A program made the position numbers and the translations under genes. From contig DATHWT010000002.1 of NCBI GenBank assembly GCA_035460345.1, positions 577-64,576 of the forward strand: a DNA stretch of 64,000 bases. The letters run 5' to 3'. Below the pieces are notes generated by a model, which saw only the letters and a list, made by a program, of their open reading frames with translations, was not told the DNA's origin and did no database searches. This document shows positions 37,091 through 47,373 of this stretch, piece by piece; the first letter of the stretch is position 1; each line of letters starts with the position of its first letter. This DNA is from Methylophilus sp. (GTDB lineage Bacteria > Pseudomonadota > Gammaproteobacteria > Burkholderiales > Methylophilaceae).

Positions 37091-38236
37091 TTGATCAAAA
37101 AAACAAGAGGAAATGCTATCAAGACCCTGGAATTCGATCCGCATGCGCTTGCCTGCGAAGAGTTGCGTCATGTTTACCGCGGTAAAAACAGCAGCAAGTT
37201 AATTGTATTGTTCAGTGGCTTTGTTGCCGCTGGCATGTTGGCCTGGGATATCGGAATCATATATGCCTGCGCGTGGTATGCCTGGTTACTGGTGGCCCAT
37301 GCCTGGCATTGGTGGCTGGGGCGTCTGGACTTTGTGTCTGCCAATCTGAGTGCCGAATTGGCACGTATAAACCGCCATGTGATGGCTGCTGCTGTTGCCG
37401 GATTGGGCTGGGGTGCGCTCTCAATTGCACTGCCATTATTAAGCAGGCCAAGCAAAGCGGCCATTCTGATCATTATGCTGATTGGCGTGATTGTGGCGCT
37501 GCCACGACTGGTGGTTTTCCTGCCTATTTTCTTTGCCTTCGCCGCGGGCGTCTATGTGCCCCTGTTGCTGGCGACGCCGTTACTGGATTTTGAAACATTG
37601 CACATGGTGATGGTCATGCTGGTCCTGGTTGGCGCTACCTTGTGGGCGTCGGCGCGCGAGGTGCGCAAGATATTGATAGATGTCCTGCTGAAACAGATCT
37701 CGTCGGAGCAGGCGTCGTGGGAGGACAGACTGACAGGCATTGGCAACCGGCGAAGCTTTGATGTCAATTTTGCCAATCACTGGGCGCAGGCATCCCGTTC
37801 AAAAGTACCGCTGTCACTGATGATGGTGGATGTGGATTTTTTCAAGAAATTCAACGATAGCTATGGTCACCAGGCAGGCGATGAATGTTTGCGGCAGGTA
37901 GCGCTGGCACTCGATGGCTGCGCGCGTAGAGCTGGTGATTCAGTCACTCGTTATGGCGGCGAGGAATTTGCCGTGGTGCTGTTTCATACCTCGCTAAACG
38001 AAGCCCAGCATATTAGCGAAAACATGCTGAACGCTATCCGTAAGCTCACTATCCCGCACGCACAATCCTCGCATGAAATTGTTACGATTTCCATGGGTAT
38101 TGCCACGATTTTGCCTACCTTGCACGACGACATGCAACAGTTTGTTGAAGAAGCAGACAAGGCTCTTTACCGCGCAAAAGAGAACGGGCGCAACCGTGCG
38201 GAATGGCAAATTGTAAACAATGTGAACAAAGAATAA
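37091..38236 (+). CDS. Membrane-bound diguanylate cyclase
   Basis: About six TM helices; DRLTGIGNRR, DVDFFKKFNDSYGH, RAGD I-site, RYGGEEF. Confidence 0.92.
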   Translation: MIKKTRGNAIKTLEFDPHALACEELRHVYRGKNSSKLIVLFSGFVAAGMLAWDIGIIYACAWYAWLLVAHAWHWWLGRLDFVSANLSAELARINRHVMAAAVAGLGWGALSIALPLLSRPSKAAILIIMLIGVIVALPRLVVFLPIFFAFAAGVYVPLLLATPLLDFETLHMVMVMLVLVGATLWASAREVRKILIDVLLKQISSEQASWEDRLTGIGNRRSFDVNFANHWAQASRSKVPLSLMMVDVDFFKKFNDSYGHQAGDECLRQVALALDGCARRAGDSVTRYGGEEFAVVLFHTSLNEAQHISENMLNAIRKLTIPHAQSSHEIVTISMGIATILPTLHDDMQQFVEEADKALYRAKENGRNRAEWQIVNNVNKE

Positions 38237-38528
38237 CTTTACATCCTTCCCCAAAATTCATACGAATGGCATGCCATTGTCACAATTTGTCAGGTTTGAG
38301 ACAAAATATGTGAATATGTGATATCAATTGTTGCGAATCATGTGCAATAATATTTAATCAAAATATATTTAAATCAAATAGTTACACGGTTTTTCACGAA
38401 TATTAACATTCATGGCACGCAAGTTGCTAATTACATTTAGAGCAATATATGCTTGGACAGAAAAGAGTGACAGCGGGCAGGTTTCTTAGGCTTAGCTCTG
38501 CTTGTAAATAAATTCTCGGGGAATCTAT

Positions 38529-38708
38529 ATGTTAAATTTGATCAAAACAGCTTTTGTAAACTTCATTTCTGACGAAGAAGGTGCCAGTGCTATTGAGTAT
38601 GCATTGATTGCAGCGATGGTAGCCATCGCACTTGTCGCATTCGTCGACCCTATTAACGTCGCTATCACCACTATTTTTACCCGTATCCAGACCGCGTTGG
38701 CCATTTAA
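38529..38708 (+). CDS. flp: Flp family type IVb pilin (59 aa)
   Basis: Not in the ORF track. MLNLIKTAFVNFISDEEGASAIEYALIAAMVAIALVAFVDPINVAITTIFTRIQTALAI*; G/ASAIEY Flp motif. Confidence 0.95.
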   Translation: MLNLIKTAFVNFISDEEGASAIEYALIAAMVAIALVAFVDPINVAITTIFTRIQTALAI

Positions 38709-38749
38709 CGCCAATGTAATCGCCAGTAGTTGTGGCGATCAATCACTGA

Positions 38750-39208
38750 ATGCATAGCATGACTATCGCAGAAATGATTGTGGGTACCTGGTGCCTGGGG
38801 GTCACCCTGGCGGATGTGTATGCCAGGCGCATTCCAAACATCCTGACTTTGGGTATGTGCCTGATCGCCATGTGCTGGCTGCTGGTCAGCGGCCATTCAA
38901 TGCTCAATGCCACCATGCAGTCTGCTTTTCTGGGCGCAACCATTAGCCTGCTACTGACATTACCCGCTTATGCAGCACGCCTGCTGGGGGCCGGTGATGT
39001 CAAATTACTGCTGGCAATTGCCCTGATCAGTGGCTGGTACCTGACGCTGCTTGCCTTCGTGATTGCTGCCTTGCTTGCAGTGATTGTTGGCGTTGCTTAC
39101 CTCCTGGTTTACCGCTTGCGCACACAGCCGCTCTCACGCAAGAGGTGGCTGCCGTTTGGCGCTGCCTTGAGTGTGGGATTGCTAGTGGCAATAGGAATAA
39201 CGAAATGA
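38750..39208 (+). CDS. cpaA: Prepilin peptidase (A24, TadV/CpaA)
   Basis: ADVYARRIPN, LGAGDVKL, LPFGAAL. Confidence 0.9.
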   Translation: MHSMTIAEMIVGTWCLGVTLADVYARRIPNILTLGMCLIAMCWLLVSGHSMLNATMQSAFLGATISLLLTLPAYAARLLGAGDVKLLLAIALISGWYLTLLAFVIAALLAVIVGVAYLLVYRLRTQPLSRKRWLPFGAALSVGLLVAIGITK

Positions 39209-39696
39209 TGATAACCATACGAAAAATCTGCCTTCCGCAGGATTTACAGCCACAAAAAGGCGCAGTAGCCATCGAATTCATGATGCTGTTCATGCTGTTT
39301 TTTGCGCTGTTTTATGCCATGGTCAACTATGCCATGGTGATGTTGATGCAATCGGCTTTTGCCCATGCGGCGGAAGAAGGTGCACGCGCGGCCATAGCGG
39401 TAGATCGCCTGGCGTTTGCCAATAACGTGGCTTACCTCAGCAGTGGTGTCGATCCCAAGGTGCGCAGTGTGGTCGGCGATGCGCTGAACTGGTTACCGGC
39501 AAAGCCTAAAGATAAAGTGCTCGGCACCGGTAACAGCCGCGTGCAACTGAGCATGAATGGCAACCAGCTGACGGTCAGCGTTGTTTATAGCGGCTATGCT
39601 GCTGACCCGCTGATTCCCATGCTGACATTACCCATCATAGGGCAGATTCCCAAAGTGCCTGCCGATCTGGCAGGCAAGGCAGTCATCGAACTTTAA
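39205..39696 (+). CDS. tadE: TadE-like pseudopilin
   Basis: QKGAVAIEF...HAAEEGARAA; ATGA overlap with the upstream gene. Confidence 0.88.
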   Translation: MMITIRKICLPQDLQPQKGAVAIEFMMLFMLFFALFYAMVNYAMVMLMQSAFAHAAEEGARAAIAVDRLAFANNVAYLSSGVDPKVRSVVGDALNWLPAKPKDKVLGTGNSRVQLSMNGNQLTVSVVYSGYAADPLIPMLTLPIIGQIPKVPADLAGKAVIEL

Positions 39697-39722
39697 ATGT
39701 ATTCAATAAAGGATCTGGCATC

Positions 39723-40652
39723 GTGAACAGTACATTTTTGCGTGTATTGGCAACCTTGATGGTGATTGCTGCCATTGCGACAGGCTACGTCGGTTATCGG
39801 CTGAGCCAGAAAAAACCGTCAGATACCTTGGCGGTAGTGGTGCCTACCTATACCCAGGTGATTGCGAAAAATACGCTAGCGGCAGGCCATATACTGGTCA
39901 TGGATGACCTGGAAACTGCCACCATACCCCAGTTTGACAAACATGCATTCAGCGATCCGCAGGCCCTGATTGGCAAAGCAATCACAACCTCTATCCCTAA
40001 AGGTGTGCCTTTCCATACCTCGCATTTTCCTGTCAGCAGTTTGCTTGGGCAGGCACTGGCGCCCAATGAGCGTGCCGTCGCCATCAAGGTCAACGAAGTG
40101 ATCGGCGTTGGCGGATTTATCAAGCCTGGCGACCATGTCGATGTGTTGCTGTATTTACGCCAGGAACGTGAAACCGCAGATATCAGCTCTGCGCAGGTGA
40201 TACTCACCAATGTGAAAGTACTGGCCTATGGCACCCTCACCGCCGAGGCAGAATCCAGCCAGGATGATGCATTGGCGCCATCCGCGCCTGGCAAACTGGG
40301 CAGCGACAACAGGTCTGAAAAGAACGGCAAAGACAGTCGTTCTGCCATCCTGGCCGTGCATGCACAGGACACGGCTAGACTGATGCTGGCAGACAGCACA
40401 GGCAGTTTGCGTCTGGCTTTGCGAGGTGAGACCGTGCCTGGTGCCAACAATACTGCATTAGCAGACAGCCAGTTTATCCGGCTGGGTGACGTTTCCCAGG
40501 CATCCGGATCAAAGCTGACACCGCTTTCGCAAACGGTTGCGGCACCAGCCCAGGTAACCATGCAGAAAAATCCTATCATCCCTGCGCCCAAACGCGAGCG
40601 CGTGATTGTGCATCTTGGCGGAAAAACAGAGGTCGTTGATGTGGCCAGGTAA
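39723..40652 (+). CDS. cpaB: Flp pilus assembly protein CpaB/RcpC
   Basis: SAF domain; ERAVAIKVNEVIGVGGFIKPGDHVDVL. Confidence 0.92.
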   Translation: MNSTFLRVLATLMVIAAIATGYVGYRLSQKKPSDTLAVVVPTYTQVIAKNTLAAGHILVMDDLETATIPQFDKHAFSDPQALIGKAITTSIPKGVPFHTSHFPVSSLLGQALAPNERAVAIKVNEVIGVGGFIKPGDHVDVLLYLRQERETADISSAQVILTNVKVLAYGTLTAEAESSQDDALAPSAPGKLGSDNRSEKNGKDSRSAILAVHAQDTARLMLADSTGSLRLALRGETVPGANNTALADSQFIRLGDVSQASGSKLTPLSQTVAAPAQVTMQKNPIIPAPKRERVIVHLGGKTEVVDVAR

Positions 40653-40674
40653 TCATGGAAACCAAAGGTTAATC

Positions 40675-42057
40675 ATGCCGAATTTAAAATATGTCTGGCT
40701 TTTGCTTTTAAGTTGCCTGTGCAGCCTGGTAACGGTCGCGCAAGCTGCAGATGCCAATACATTCAACCTGGCGGTCGGTGACCAGCAAGTCTATGTGCAT
40801 GCGAAACCGGTCAAACGCGTGGCGGTAGGTAACCCGGAAACGGTGAACATCAGCATGCTCACTTCACACAATATCCTGATCACCGGCAAGCAGGCAGGCG
40901 TGACCGAGGTTGCCATCTGGGAAAGTGAAAAAGCGGCAGCCCCTGCAAAACGGATCAAGGTGGCGGTGCAAGTCAGTACCGAGCTTGAAAAACAGCGTTT
41001 AACACTCTCCAAGAATATCCAGTTGTTACCAGCGGGCAACCAGGTGGCGATTTCCGGTGAGGCCGAGTCTCTGGAAGAGCATACATTCGCCCGCCAGGCC
41101 ATTGATAAAAATAGCGCAGCGCCTATGGATGCCACCTTGAGCGGCTTCGACAATCAGGTGCAGATTGATATCAAAGTGGTAGAGGTGAGCAAGCAAAACA
41201 TGATGCGCGCCGGGTTTTTCCTGGGCAAGAATAGCCGTAACACCACCCTGTCAATTGGCGCACCAGGCAATCTTAGTGGCGTTAACAAAGGCGCTCCAGG
41301 TACTTTTGGCGGTGGACTAGGCGAGAATTTCACCCTCAATAGCGCCTCAGGTTTTTTACCTATCACCAATGCATTCAACTTTATGGCCGGGAATGCAAGT
41401 CGCGGATTGCTCGGCACGCTCAGCATTCTGGAGGCTAATGGTTTTGCATACACCCTGGCCGAACCAAGCCTGACAGCCTTCTCCGGGCAAAGTGCCAGCT
41501 TTCTCGCCGGTGGTGAGTTTCCCATCCCGATTCAGTCGGGTGCAGGTGGCTTAGGGGCAGTGACGATACGTTACAAGGAATATGGCGTGCGTCTCATGCT
41601 GACGCCCACGGTGCTGGATTCAAAAAGGATATTTTTGAAAGTGTCCCCGGAAGTCAGTGAAATTGACTTTACCAATGCCGTACAAAGCGGCGGCGTTGCG
41701 GTGCCTGGCCTGCGCGTACGCAGAACCGATACCAGCGTGTCGCTGGGAGATGGCGAAAGTTTTGTCATCAGCGGGCTGGTCAGCCGTAACACCCTGCAGG
41801 ACGTGGACAAAGTGCCAGGATTAGGCAACTTGCCGATTATCGGTGCCTTTTTCCGCTCTACCCGCTTTGACCGGGAGGATAAGGAATTACTGATGATAGT
41901 CACCCCGCATCTGGTGCGGCCCATCGCCAAAGATGCAGCGCTGCCTGCCATGCCAGGTGGCAACCTGCGGGACTATAACCCCAGCTACAGTGACCTGTTT
42001 TTTCAAAAAGGGCCCAAGCCGGACACCGGCATCCCTGACACCGGTTTTTCGAGGTAA
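40675..42057 (+). CDS. cpaC: Tad secretin RcpA/CpaC
   Basis: RVAVGNPE; LAEPSLTAFSGQSASFLAGGEFPIP; KVPGLGNLPIIGAFFRS; VTPHLV. Confidence 0.93.
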   Translation: MPNLKYVWLLLLSCLCSLVTVAQAADANTFNLAVGDQQVYVHAKPVKRVAVGNPETVNISMLTSHNILITGKQAGVTEVAIWESEKAAAPAKRIKVAVQVSTELEKQRLTLSKNIQLLPAGNQVAISGEAESLEEHTFARQAIDKNSAAPMDATLSGFDNQVQIDIKVVEVSKQNMMRAGFFLGKNSRNTTLSIGAPGNLSGVNKGAPGTFGGGLGENFTLNSASGFLPITNAFNFMAGNASRGLLGTLSILEANGFAYTLAEPSLTAFSGQSASFLAGGEFPIPIQSGAGGLGAVTIRYKEYGVRLMLTPTVLDSKRIFLKVSPEVSEIDFTNAVQSGGVAVPGLRVRRTDTSVSLGDGESFVISGLVSRNTLQDVDKVPGLGNLPIIGAFFRSTRFDREDKELLMIVTPHLVRPIAKDAALPAMPGGNLRDYNPSYSDLFFQKGPKPDTGIPDTGFSR

Positions 42058-42060
42058 CCC

Positions 42061-43269
42061 ATGAGCGAACGCAACTGCTTTATTGCCATTACCCATCACC
42101 AGGAATGCCTGCAATGGTTAGGTCAATCGCTCAGGGATGAGGGCGACCTGATTCCTGCCGACGCGCCTTCTACCGAGCGTGTGATACAACTCGCGGATGC
42201 CATTGGGGCTTCCATCGTGTTTGTGCAACTGAATCCAGATGACTATAGACAGGAAGCATTACTGATAGAGGGCATTATTGCAGCCAAACCTTTTTTGCCA
42301 GTGATTGTGGTGGCAGACGCCTTTGACCAGAACCTGCTGCTGACTGTCATGCGCCTGGGCGCGCGTGACTTTATCAAAAGCGGTAGCCGGGCAAGCGAAG
42401 TGGTGGCAGAGGTCAAACGCCTGATTCCCCGGGATGGCGGTTTTCAAGCCACTCAAAGTGACCAGCATGGCAAGATCACCGCCGTGATCAGCGCGCGGCC
42501 AGGCAGTGACTCGCCCATGCTGGCGCTGCACCTGGCACTGGCCATTCAGGAGACCGAGCCTACCTTGCTGCTTGACCTGGGTGTGCCGCATGGCGACGCC
42601 ATGCTCTATCTTGGGCTGACTTCTTCCTACAGTTTTATTGATGCGATCCGCAGTTTACGGCGTATCGATTCCACCCTGATCCAGACCGGTTTCGGCCGGC
42701 ACAAGAGTGGCCTCACCGTGCTGTCCATGCCTGAAGATTCCTGGACCGGGGCACAATTCACCGCCGCCGATGTATGCGTGCTTCTACGCAGCCTGCGCCG
42801 GCATTTTTCGAGGATTGTGCTTAACCTGGGCGGTATGGTCGACTCGAATTTTCTATTACTGCTATTGGGCAATGTTGACCAGATTGTCCTGCTGGTGGAG
42901 CAAAGTGTGCCCAGTTGCCGACAGAACATGCAGTTGATCAAGCACCTGCGTGAGGAGAAAGTCTCCCTGACTAACACTGGCGTAGTTGTAGACCACTACC
43001 TTTCCAAAATGCCTCCGGATGCCGAAAGCATTGCACAGTCTTTTGGCCTGCCGCTATTTTCCACTTTGTCATCTTCAGGTATGGCGCGCCTTGCCACCAT
43101 GAACTCGGGTGAAAGCATGTTTGAATTATCGCCAAATGATCCCTATAGCATCAGTGTGCGCAAACTGGCCGAAAAACTGGTAAATGGCCAGGCTACACCA
43201 GCAGTAAAGAAGCCTGGGCTGCTACACAAGCTGATTACTGCCATCACTTCTGTGCAAGAAAAAGCATAA
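42061..43269 (+). CDS. cpaE: TadZ/CpaE (receiver-like plus ParA/MinD-like domain)
   Basis: MRLGARDF receiver-like part; degenerate Walker A (SARPGSDS); position in the tad locus. Confidence 0.85.
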   Translation: MSERNCFIAITHHQECLQWLGQSLRDEGDLIPADAPSTERVIQLADAIGASIVFVQLNPDDYRQEALLIEGIIAAKPFLPVIVVADAFDQNLLLTVMRLGARDFIKSGSRASEVVAEVKRLIPRDGGFQATQSDQHGKITAVISARPGSDSPMLALHLALAIQETEPTLLLDLGVPHGDAMLYLGLTSSYSFIDAIRSLRRIDSTLIQTGFGRHKSGLTVLSMPEDSWTGAQFTAADVCVLLRSLRRHFSRIVLNLGGMVDSNFLLLLLGNVDQIVLLVEQSVPSCRQNMQLIKHLREEKVSLTNTGVVVDHYLSKMPPDAESIAQSFGLPLFSTLSSSGMARLATMNSGESMFELSPNDPYSISVRKLAEKLVNGQATPAVKKPGLLHKLITAITSVQEKA

Positions 43270-43276
43270 AGGCTGC

Positions 43277-44545
43277 ATGATGAATTTTCAGCTAAGTGGA
43301 TTTGATTATGGCCTGAAACAGGCACAGGACTTCCAGGAACTGAAGTTCCAGCTACATCAGCACCTGATTGCAGAGATTGAGCGTGACCATCTTGGGTTGC
43401 TGGAGCTGGCACGTGACGACATCGCAGACTATGTGCGCGAGAAAGTCATTGTGTATGTCGCCGACCGCCACCTACCTATCAGCGGCTACGACCTGGAAAA
43501 CCTGGTTGAAGAAGTGGTCGATGAACTGGCCGGGTATGGCCCGCTGGAAAGCCTGATCAGGGATGACCGTATTAACGACATACTGGTCAATGGCCCGAAA
43601 AAGATCTTTATCGAACGTGATGGCAGGCTGGAAACCACCAACTTGCGCTTTATTGATGATGAGCATGTATTACGCGTGATCCGGCGCATTCTTGCCCACC
43701 TGGGGCGCCGTATTGATGAAGCCAGCCCCATGGTGGATGCGAGGCTGCCAGACGGCAGCCGTGTCAACGCCATTATTCCGCCGCTGGCGCTGGATGGCCC
43801 TTGCCTGTCTATCCGTAAATTCCGCAAGCAACCATTGCTTTCTGCGGACCTGCTGCAATACGCCACTCTGGATGAAGAGATGCTGGCCTTTCTCACCGCC
43901 GCGGTGGAACGTCGCTGCAACCTGATTGTGAGCGGTGGTACCGGTGCAGGCAAAACCACTTTACTGAATGTGCTAAGCCGGTTCATCCCGCCAAATGAAC
44001 GCATAGTCACCATTGAAGATGCCGCTGAATTGCAACTGGAACACTCGCACGTGGTCAGGCTTGAAACCCGGCCGTCCAATATTGATGGCAATGGTGAAAT
44101 CACGGCACGTGAACTGGTGAAAAACTCACTGCGCATGCGGCCTGACCGCATCGTGCTCGGCGAGGTGCGTGGCGAAGAAGTGATGGATGTGCTGCAAGCC
44201 ATGAATACCGGGCATGACGGATGTATGAGTACCGTGCACGCCAACACTCCGGAAGATGCCATGCTGCGGTTCGAGATGCTGGCAGGCCTGGCCAAGTTCC
44301 AGGGCACTGAAGGTACCTTGCGCAAAATGATTACCGCTGCGATTGAACTGATCGTACAGATTGCCCGGATGCCGAACGGGCAACGCAAAGTGGTATCGAT
44401 CACCGAAATTGCAGGCGTACGCGATGGCCACTTTGTACTGAATGAACTATATGCCTATGACACAGCCAGCGGCAACTTTGCGCACCCTGGCGTGCGCCCC
44501 TGCAACAGGAAATTGCAGAACCTGCCGTTTCGGAGGCAGCCATGA
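43277..44545 (+). CDS. tadA: Tad ATPase TadA/CpaF
   Basis: GGTGAGKTT, TIEDAAEL, LRMRPDRIVLGEVRG, AMNTGHDG. Confidence 0.96.
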   Translation: MMNFQLSGFDYGLKQAQDFQELKFQLHQHLIAEIERDHLGLLELARDDIADYVREKVIVYVADRHLPISGYDLENLVEEVVDELAGYGPLESLIRDDRINDILVNGPKKIFIERDGRLETTNLRFIDDEHVLRVIRRILAHLGRRIDEASPMVDARLPDGSRVNAIIPPLALDGPCLSIRKFRKQPLLSADLLQYATLDEEMLAFLTAAVERRCNLIVSGGTGAGKTTLLNVLSRFIPPNERIVTIEDAAELQLEHSHVVRLETRPSNIDGNGEITARELVKNSLRMRPDRIVLGEVRGEEVMDVLQAMNTGHDGCMSTVHANTPEDAMLRFEMLAGLAKFQGTEGTLRKMITAAIELIVQIARMPNGQRKVVSITEIAGVRDGHFVLNELYAYDTASGNFAHPGVRPCNRKLQNLPFRRQP

Positions 44546-45459
44546 ATGCGCTGCTCATGTCATTTGTTTTGCTGCCGGTTGGCATGCTGTTTTTAGCCAT
44601 CTGGATGTTCAGGCACAGCAAACAGGCACGCATGCGCGAGCGCATGGTACGTCATTTCAGGGCAGTACTGCCTGACGGCACCACCGTTTCCGGCGTCGCC
44701 CCGGGTGCCCAGCAAACCCGTTGGCACCGGCTCGTCACACGCACCTCCATCTATATCGGGTTTGAACTGCAAAAGAAACATGCCCTGTTCATCCCGCTGT
44801 TAGTCATGCTTGTAGGGCTGGTCGGCTGGCTGATCTATGGTTTGACGGGGGCGATACTGCTTGTGGGCACCAGCCTGTTTATATTCGGCTTTTTACTGCC
44901 ATACAGCCGTTTGCGCCGCCGCCAGGCACAAACCGTCGCCCAGATTCCCTTGTTTATTGACCAGCTGTTACGCAGCCTGAGTACCGGGCGCAGCCTGGAA
45001 AGTGCGATCCGCTTTGCCTCTAACGAATCGCTACCACCTTTACGTTATATCGTAGACCGCGTCACCCGTGCAGCAGACCTGGGTGCCGATATGGTGGAGA
45101 ACCTGACAGAAGCAGCCAAACTGCATAATCTGCGTGAACTCAACCTGATTGCCTTGTCCATGCGTATCAGTAACCAGTATGGCGGCAGTCCGCGTGACAT
45201 GCTGGACAGCGTGGTGAAAATGGTACGCCAGCAGGAACTGGCTCGCCGCGAACTGGCAGCCATGACCGGTGAAACAAGGATGTCGGCCTGGGTGCTGGGC
45301 ATGACGCCCCTTGCGATCGCGCTTTACATCATGGTGATGAACCCCAACTACCTGAACATGCTGCTGGAAGATGACACCGGCAAAACCCTGCTGACGACTG
45401 CACTGGCGCTACAAGGCATGGGTGCATTGATTCTTTGGCGCATGCTGCGGAGCGTGTAG
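44542..45459 (+). CDS. tadB: TadB inner-membrane platform protein
   Basis: T2SSF-like domain; RSLSTGRSL...YGGS...AMTGETRMSA. Confidence 0.9.
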   Translation: MNALLMSFVLLPVGMLFLAIWMFRHSKQARMRERMVRHFRAVLPDGTTVSGVAPGAQQTRWHRLVTRTSIYIGFELQKKHALFIPLLVMLVGLVGWLIYGLTGAILLVGTSLFIFGFLLPYSRLRRRQAQTVAQIPLFIDQLLRSLSTGRSLESAIRFASNESLPPLRYIVDRVTRAADLGADMVENLTEAAKLHNLRELNLIALSMRISNQYGGSPRDMLDSVVKMVRQQELARRELAAMTGETRMSAWVLGMTPLAIALYIMVMNPNYLNMLLEDDTGKTLLTTALALQGMGALILWRMLRSV

Positions 45460-45461
45460 AC

Positions 45462-46379
45462 ATGAGTCTGCTATGGCCGATCTCGATCATACTCATGCTG
45501 CTGGCGGCAGGGTTACTCATTTACGGTGCTCAGAAAGGCAGCCATCCCAGGTACATCCAGCGCCGCTTTCGTGAGGCGCTGCAGCAGGAGGGTATACATA
45601 TTTCTGCACGGTTGGGGCCACTTGATCTCGAAGAAGCCCTGCACGAAATGCTGGACAAGGTTTCCCGCAGCGAAATGGCCGAGATGCAACGCCTGCTGAT
45701 CCAGGCGGGCTGGCCAGGGGCCAAGGCACAACTCACATTCCTGCTGACTGCATGGGTGTTACCGCTGGTAACGGGCGGGCTGGCCGCCGCTTATGCCATT
45801 GCCAAGCAGGATACTTTTATCCATGTGCTGTTCCATTTGCTGTTCGCGTTTGCCGCCACCTTTGTGCTGGTTCGCCGCCTGTTGCGCTGGAAAGCCCAGG
45901 CCAGACGTGATGCCATCCGCAAAGAAGTGATTCCATTCCTGCATTTACTGCGCATGCTGTTTGAAGCGGGTTTGTCGATGGAGCATATTTTGCTGGTCAT
46001 TGAACAACAGGGCCAGGCGCTGCTACCTAACCTGGCTGATGAATTGCACCTGGTGATCAAGCGCATACAGGCTGGACAGGACAGGACAGATGCCCTGAAT
46101 GAGATGGCCGCGCCACTGGAGGTGGTGGAATTGAATGACACCATTGCCATGCTGAAACAGGTGACGCGCTATGGCGGCAATATCCGCGATTCGCTGGCCG
46201 AATACTCGACCCTGGTTGAACAACGCCAGGTATCGGATCTCCGTGAATATGTCAGCAAACTCTCGGCCAAAATGACGGTGATCATGATTTTATTCCTGTT
46301 CCCGGCATTGATGATATTCCTGGCCGGGCCAGGATTTATGGGCTTATCTAAAGCATTAACAGGAGTAAATGGCTTATGA
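45462..46379 (+). CDS. tadC: TadC inner-membrane platform protein
   Basis: EAGLSME...RYGGNIRDSL...KLSAKMTVIMILFLFPALMI..AGPG. Confidence 0.9.
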   Translation: MSLLWPISIILMLLAAGLLIYGAQKGSHPRYIQRRFREALQQEGIHISARLGPLDLEEALHEMLDKVSRSEMAEMQRLLIQAGWPGAKAQLTFLLTAWVLPLVTGGLAAAYAIAKQDTFIHVLFHLLFAFAATFVLVRRLLRWKAQARRDAIRKEVIPFLHLLRMLFEAGLSMEHILLVIEQQGQALLPNLADELHLVIKRIQAGQDRTDALNEMAAPLEVVELNDTIAMLKQVTRYGGNIRDSLAEYSTLVEQRQVSDLREYVSKLSAKMTVIMILFLFPALMIFLAGPGFMGLSKALTGVNGL

Positions 46380-47065
46380 AATCGATCTCACTATTCATCA
46401 CACTCGCATGGCTGTGTTTGCACAGTTTGCCAAATGCAGTCGCCGCTGATCTCAATGCAAAACAGGCACTGCCCATTAAAGTCATTGCCGACAAGCCTTG
46501 CCCGGAGCTCTCCCCCGAAGAAACCACCAGGCTGGGACTGATCCAGCAGATGCTGGCAGAAGGCAAACCGCACGCTGCCCTTGCCCATCTAGAGGCCATC
46601 AAAGCCAAAAGCGAACGTGCAGAATTGCTGCGTGCGCATGCGTTGCGTCAAACCGGGCGCGCACCGCAGGCACAGGTGATTTACGAACAGTTAGCCAGCA
46701 GCTGCGTTTCCGGGCATGCATACCGTGGCCTGGGACTGATCGCCAGCCAGGGCGGCAACCTGCCGGAGGCCCTGCGTTACCTCAAGGCAGCGAGCAACAC
46801 GCTGCCAACTGAACATACCATCCGCAATGATTACGGTTATGTGCTGATGCAGGCAGGCCAGAATGAAGCGGCCTTGCATGAGTTCCTGACTGCGGTAGAG
46901 CTGGCACCAAATTACCGGCAGGCGGCCCACAACCTGGTGTTACTGCTTTACAAACAAGGCGATCTCGCCAGAGCGGAGGCATTTGCCAGGCAGTTTGGCC
47001 TGGTTGAGGATGAAATGCAGCAACTGAAAAAAATGACGCAAGCCAGCAACAAAGCGACCCCATAA
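46376..47065 (+). CDS. tadD: TadD-like TPR protein
   Basis: TPR helices AYRGLGL, RNDYGYVL, AAHNLVLL. Confidence 0.85.
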   Translation: MKSISLFITLAWLCLHSLPNAVAADLNAKQALPIKVIADKPCPELSPEETTRLGLIQQMLAEGKPHAALAHLEAIKAKSERAELLRAHALRQTGRAPQAQVIYEQLASSCVSGHAYRGLGLIASQGGNLPEALRYLKAASNTLPTEHTIRNDYGYVLMQAGQNEAALHEFLTAVELAPNYRQAAHNLVLLLYKQGDLARAEAFARQFGLVEDEMQQLKKMTQASNKATP

Positions 47066-47082
47066 CCGAGTAAGGAATCGTC

Positions 47083-47373
47083 ATGACCCGTATTTTCATT
47101 CTGATGCTAAGTGGACTTTTCAATTTCTCTGCCGCCCTGGCGGAGGATGTACAAAGCCAGCCAGTACAACCCCCGACAGCACAGCAGCAATCGCCTTCCT
47201 CTTTATCGCCGACCCAGCAATGGCTGGAACTGCAACGTTCGGGGAAATCCGCCTCCGCCCAGGCGCAGCCACTCTCGGGTGAAGTGATGGATAAAGTACA
47301 TACGCGCTATCTCAAGAGCTTTGAAAAACCGATTCCGGAGTTCTTTGAGCATGAGATGCGCACCGCTCGCTAA
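47083..47373 (+). CDS. DUF3613 protein (tad-associated)
   Basis: TQQWLELQRSGKSAS...RYLKSFEKPIPEFF. Confidence 0.85.
   Translation: MTRIFILMLSGLFNFSAALAEDVQSQPVQPPTAQQQSPSSLSPTQQWLELQRSGKSASAQAQPLSGEVMDKVHTRYLKSFEKPIPEFFEHEMRTAR

Noticed and set aside
38532-38714. 60-aa minus-strand ORF from the track
   Set aside because: It overlaps the clear plus-strand flp pilin at 38529-38708.
43486-44403. 305-aa antisense ORF inside tadA, and similar antisense ORFs within ligD, ndvB, the kinases and the TonB receptor
   Set aside because: They mirror conserved genes codon for codon, have no RBS or motifs, and are expected shadows of codon bias.
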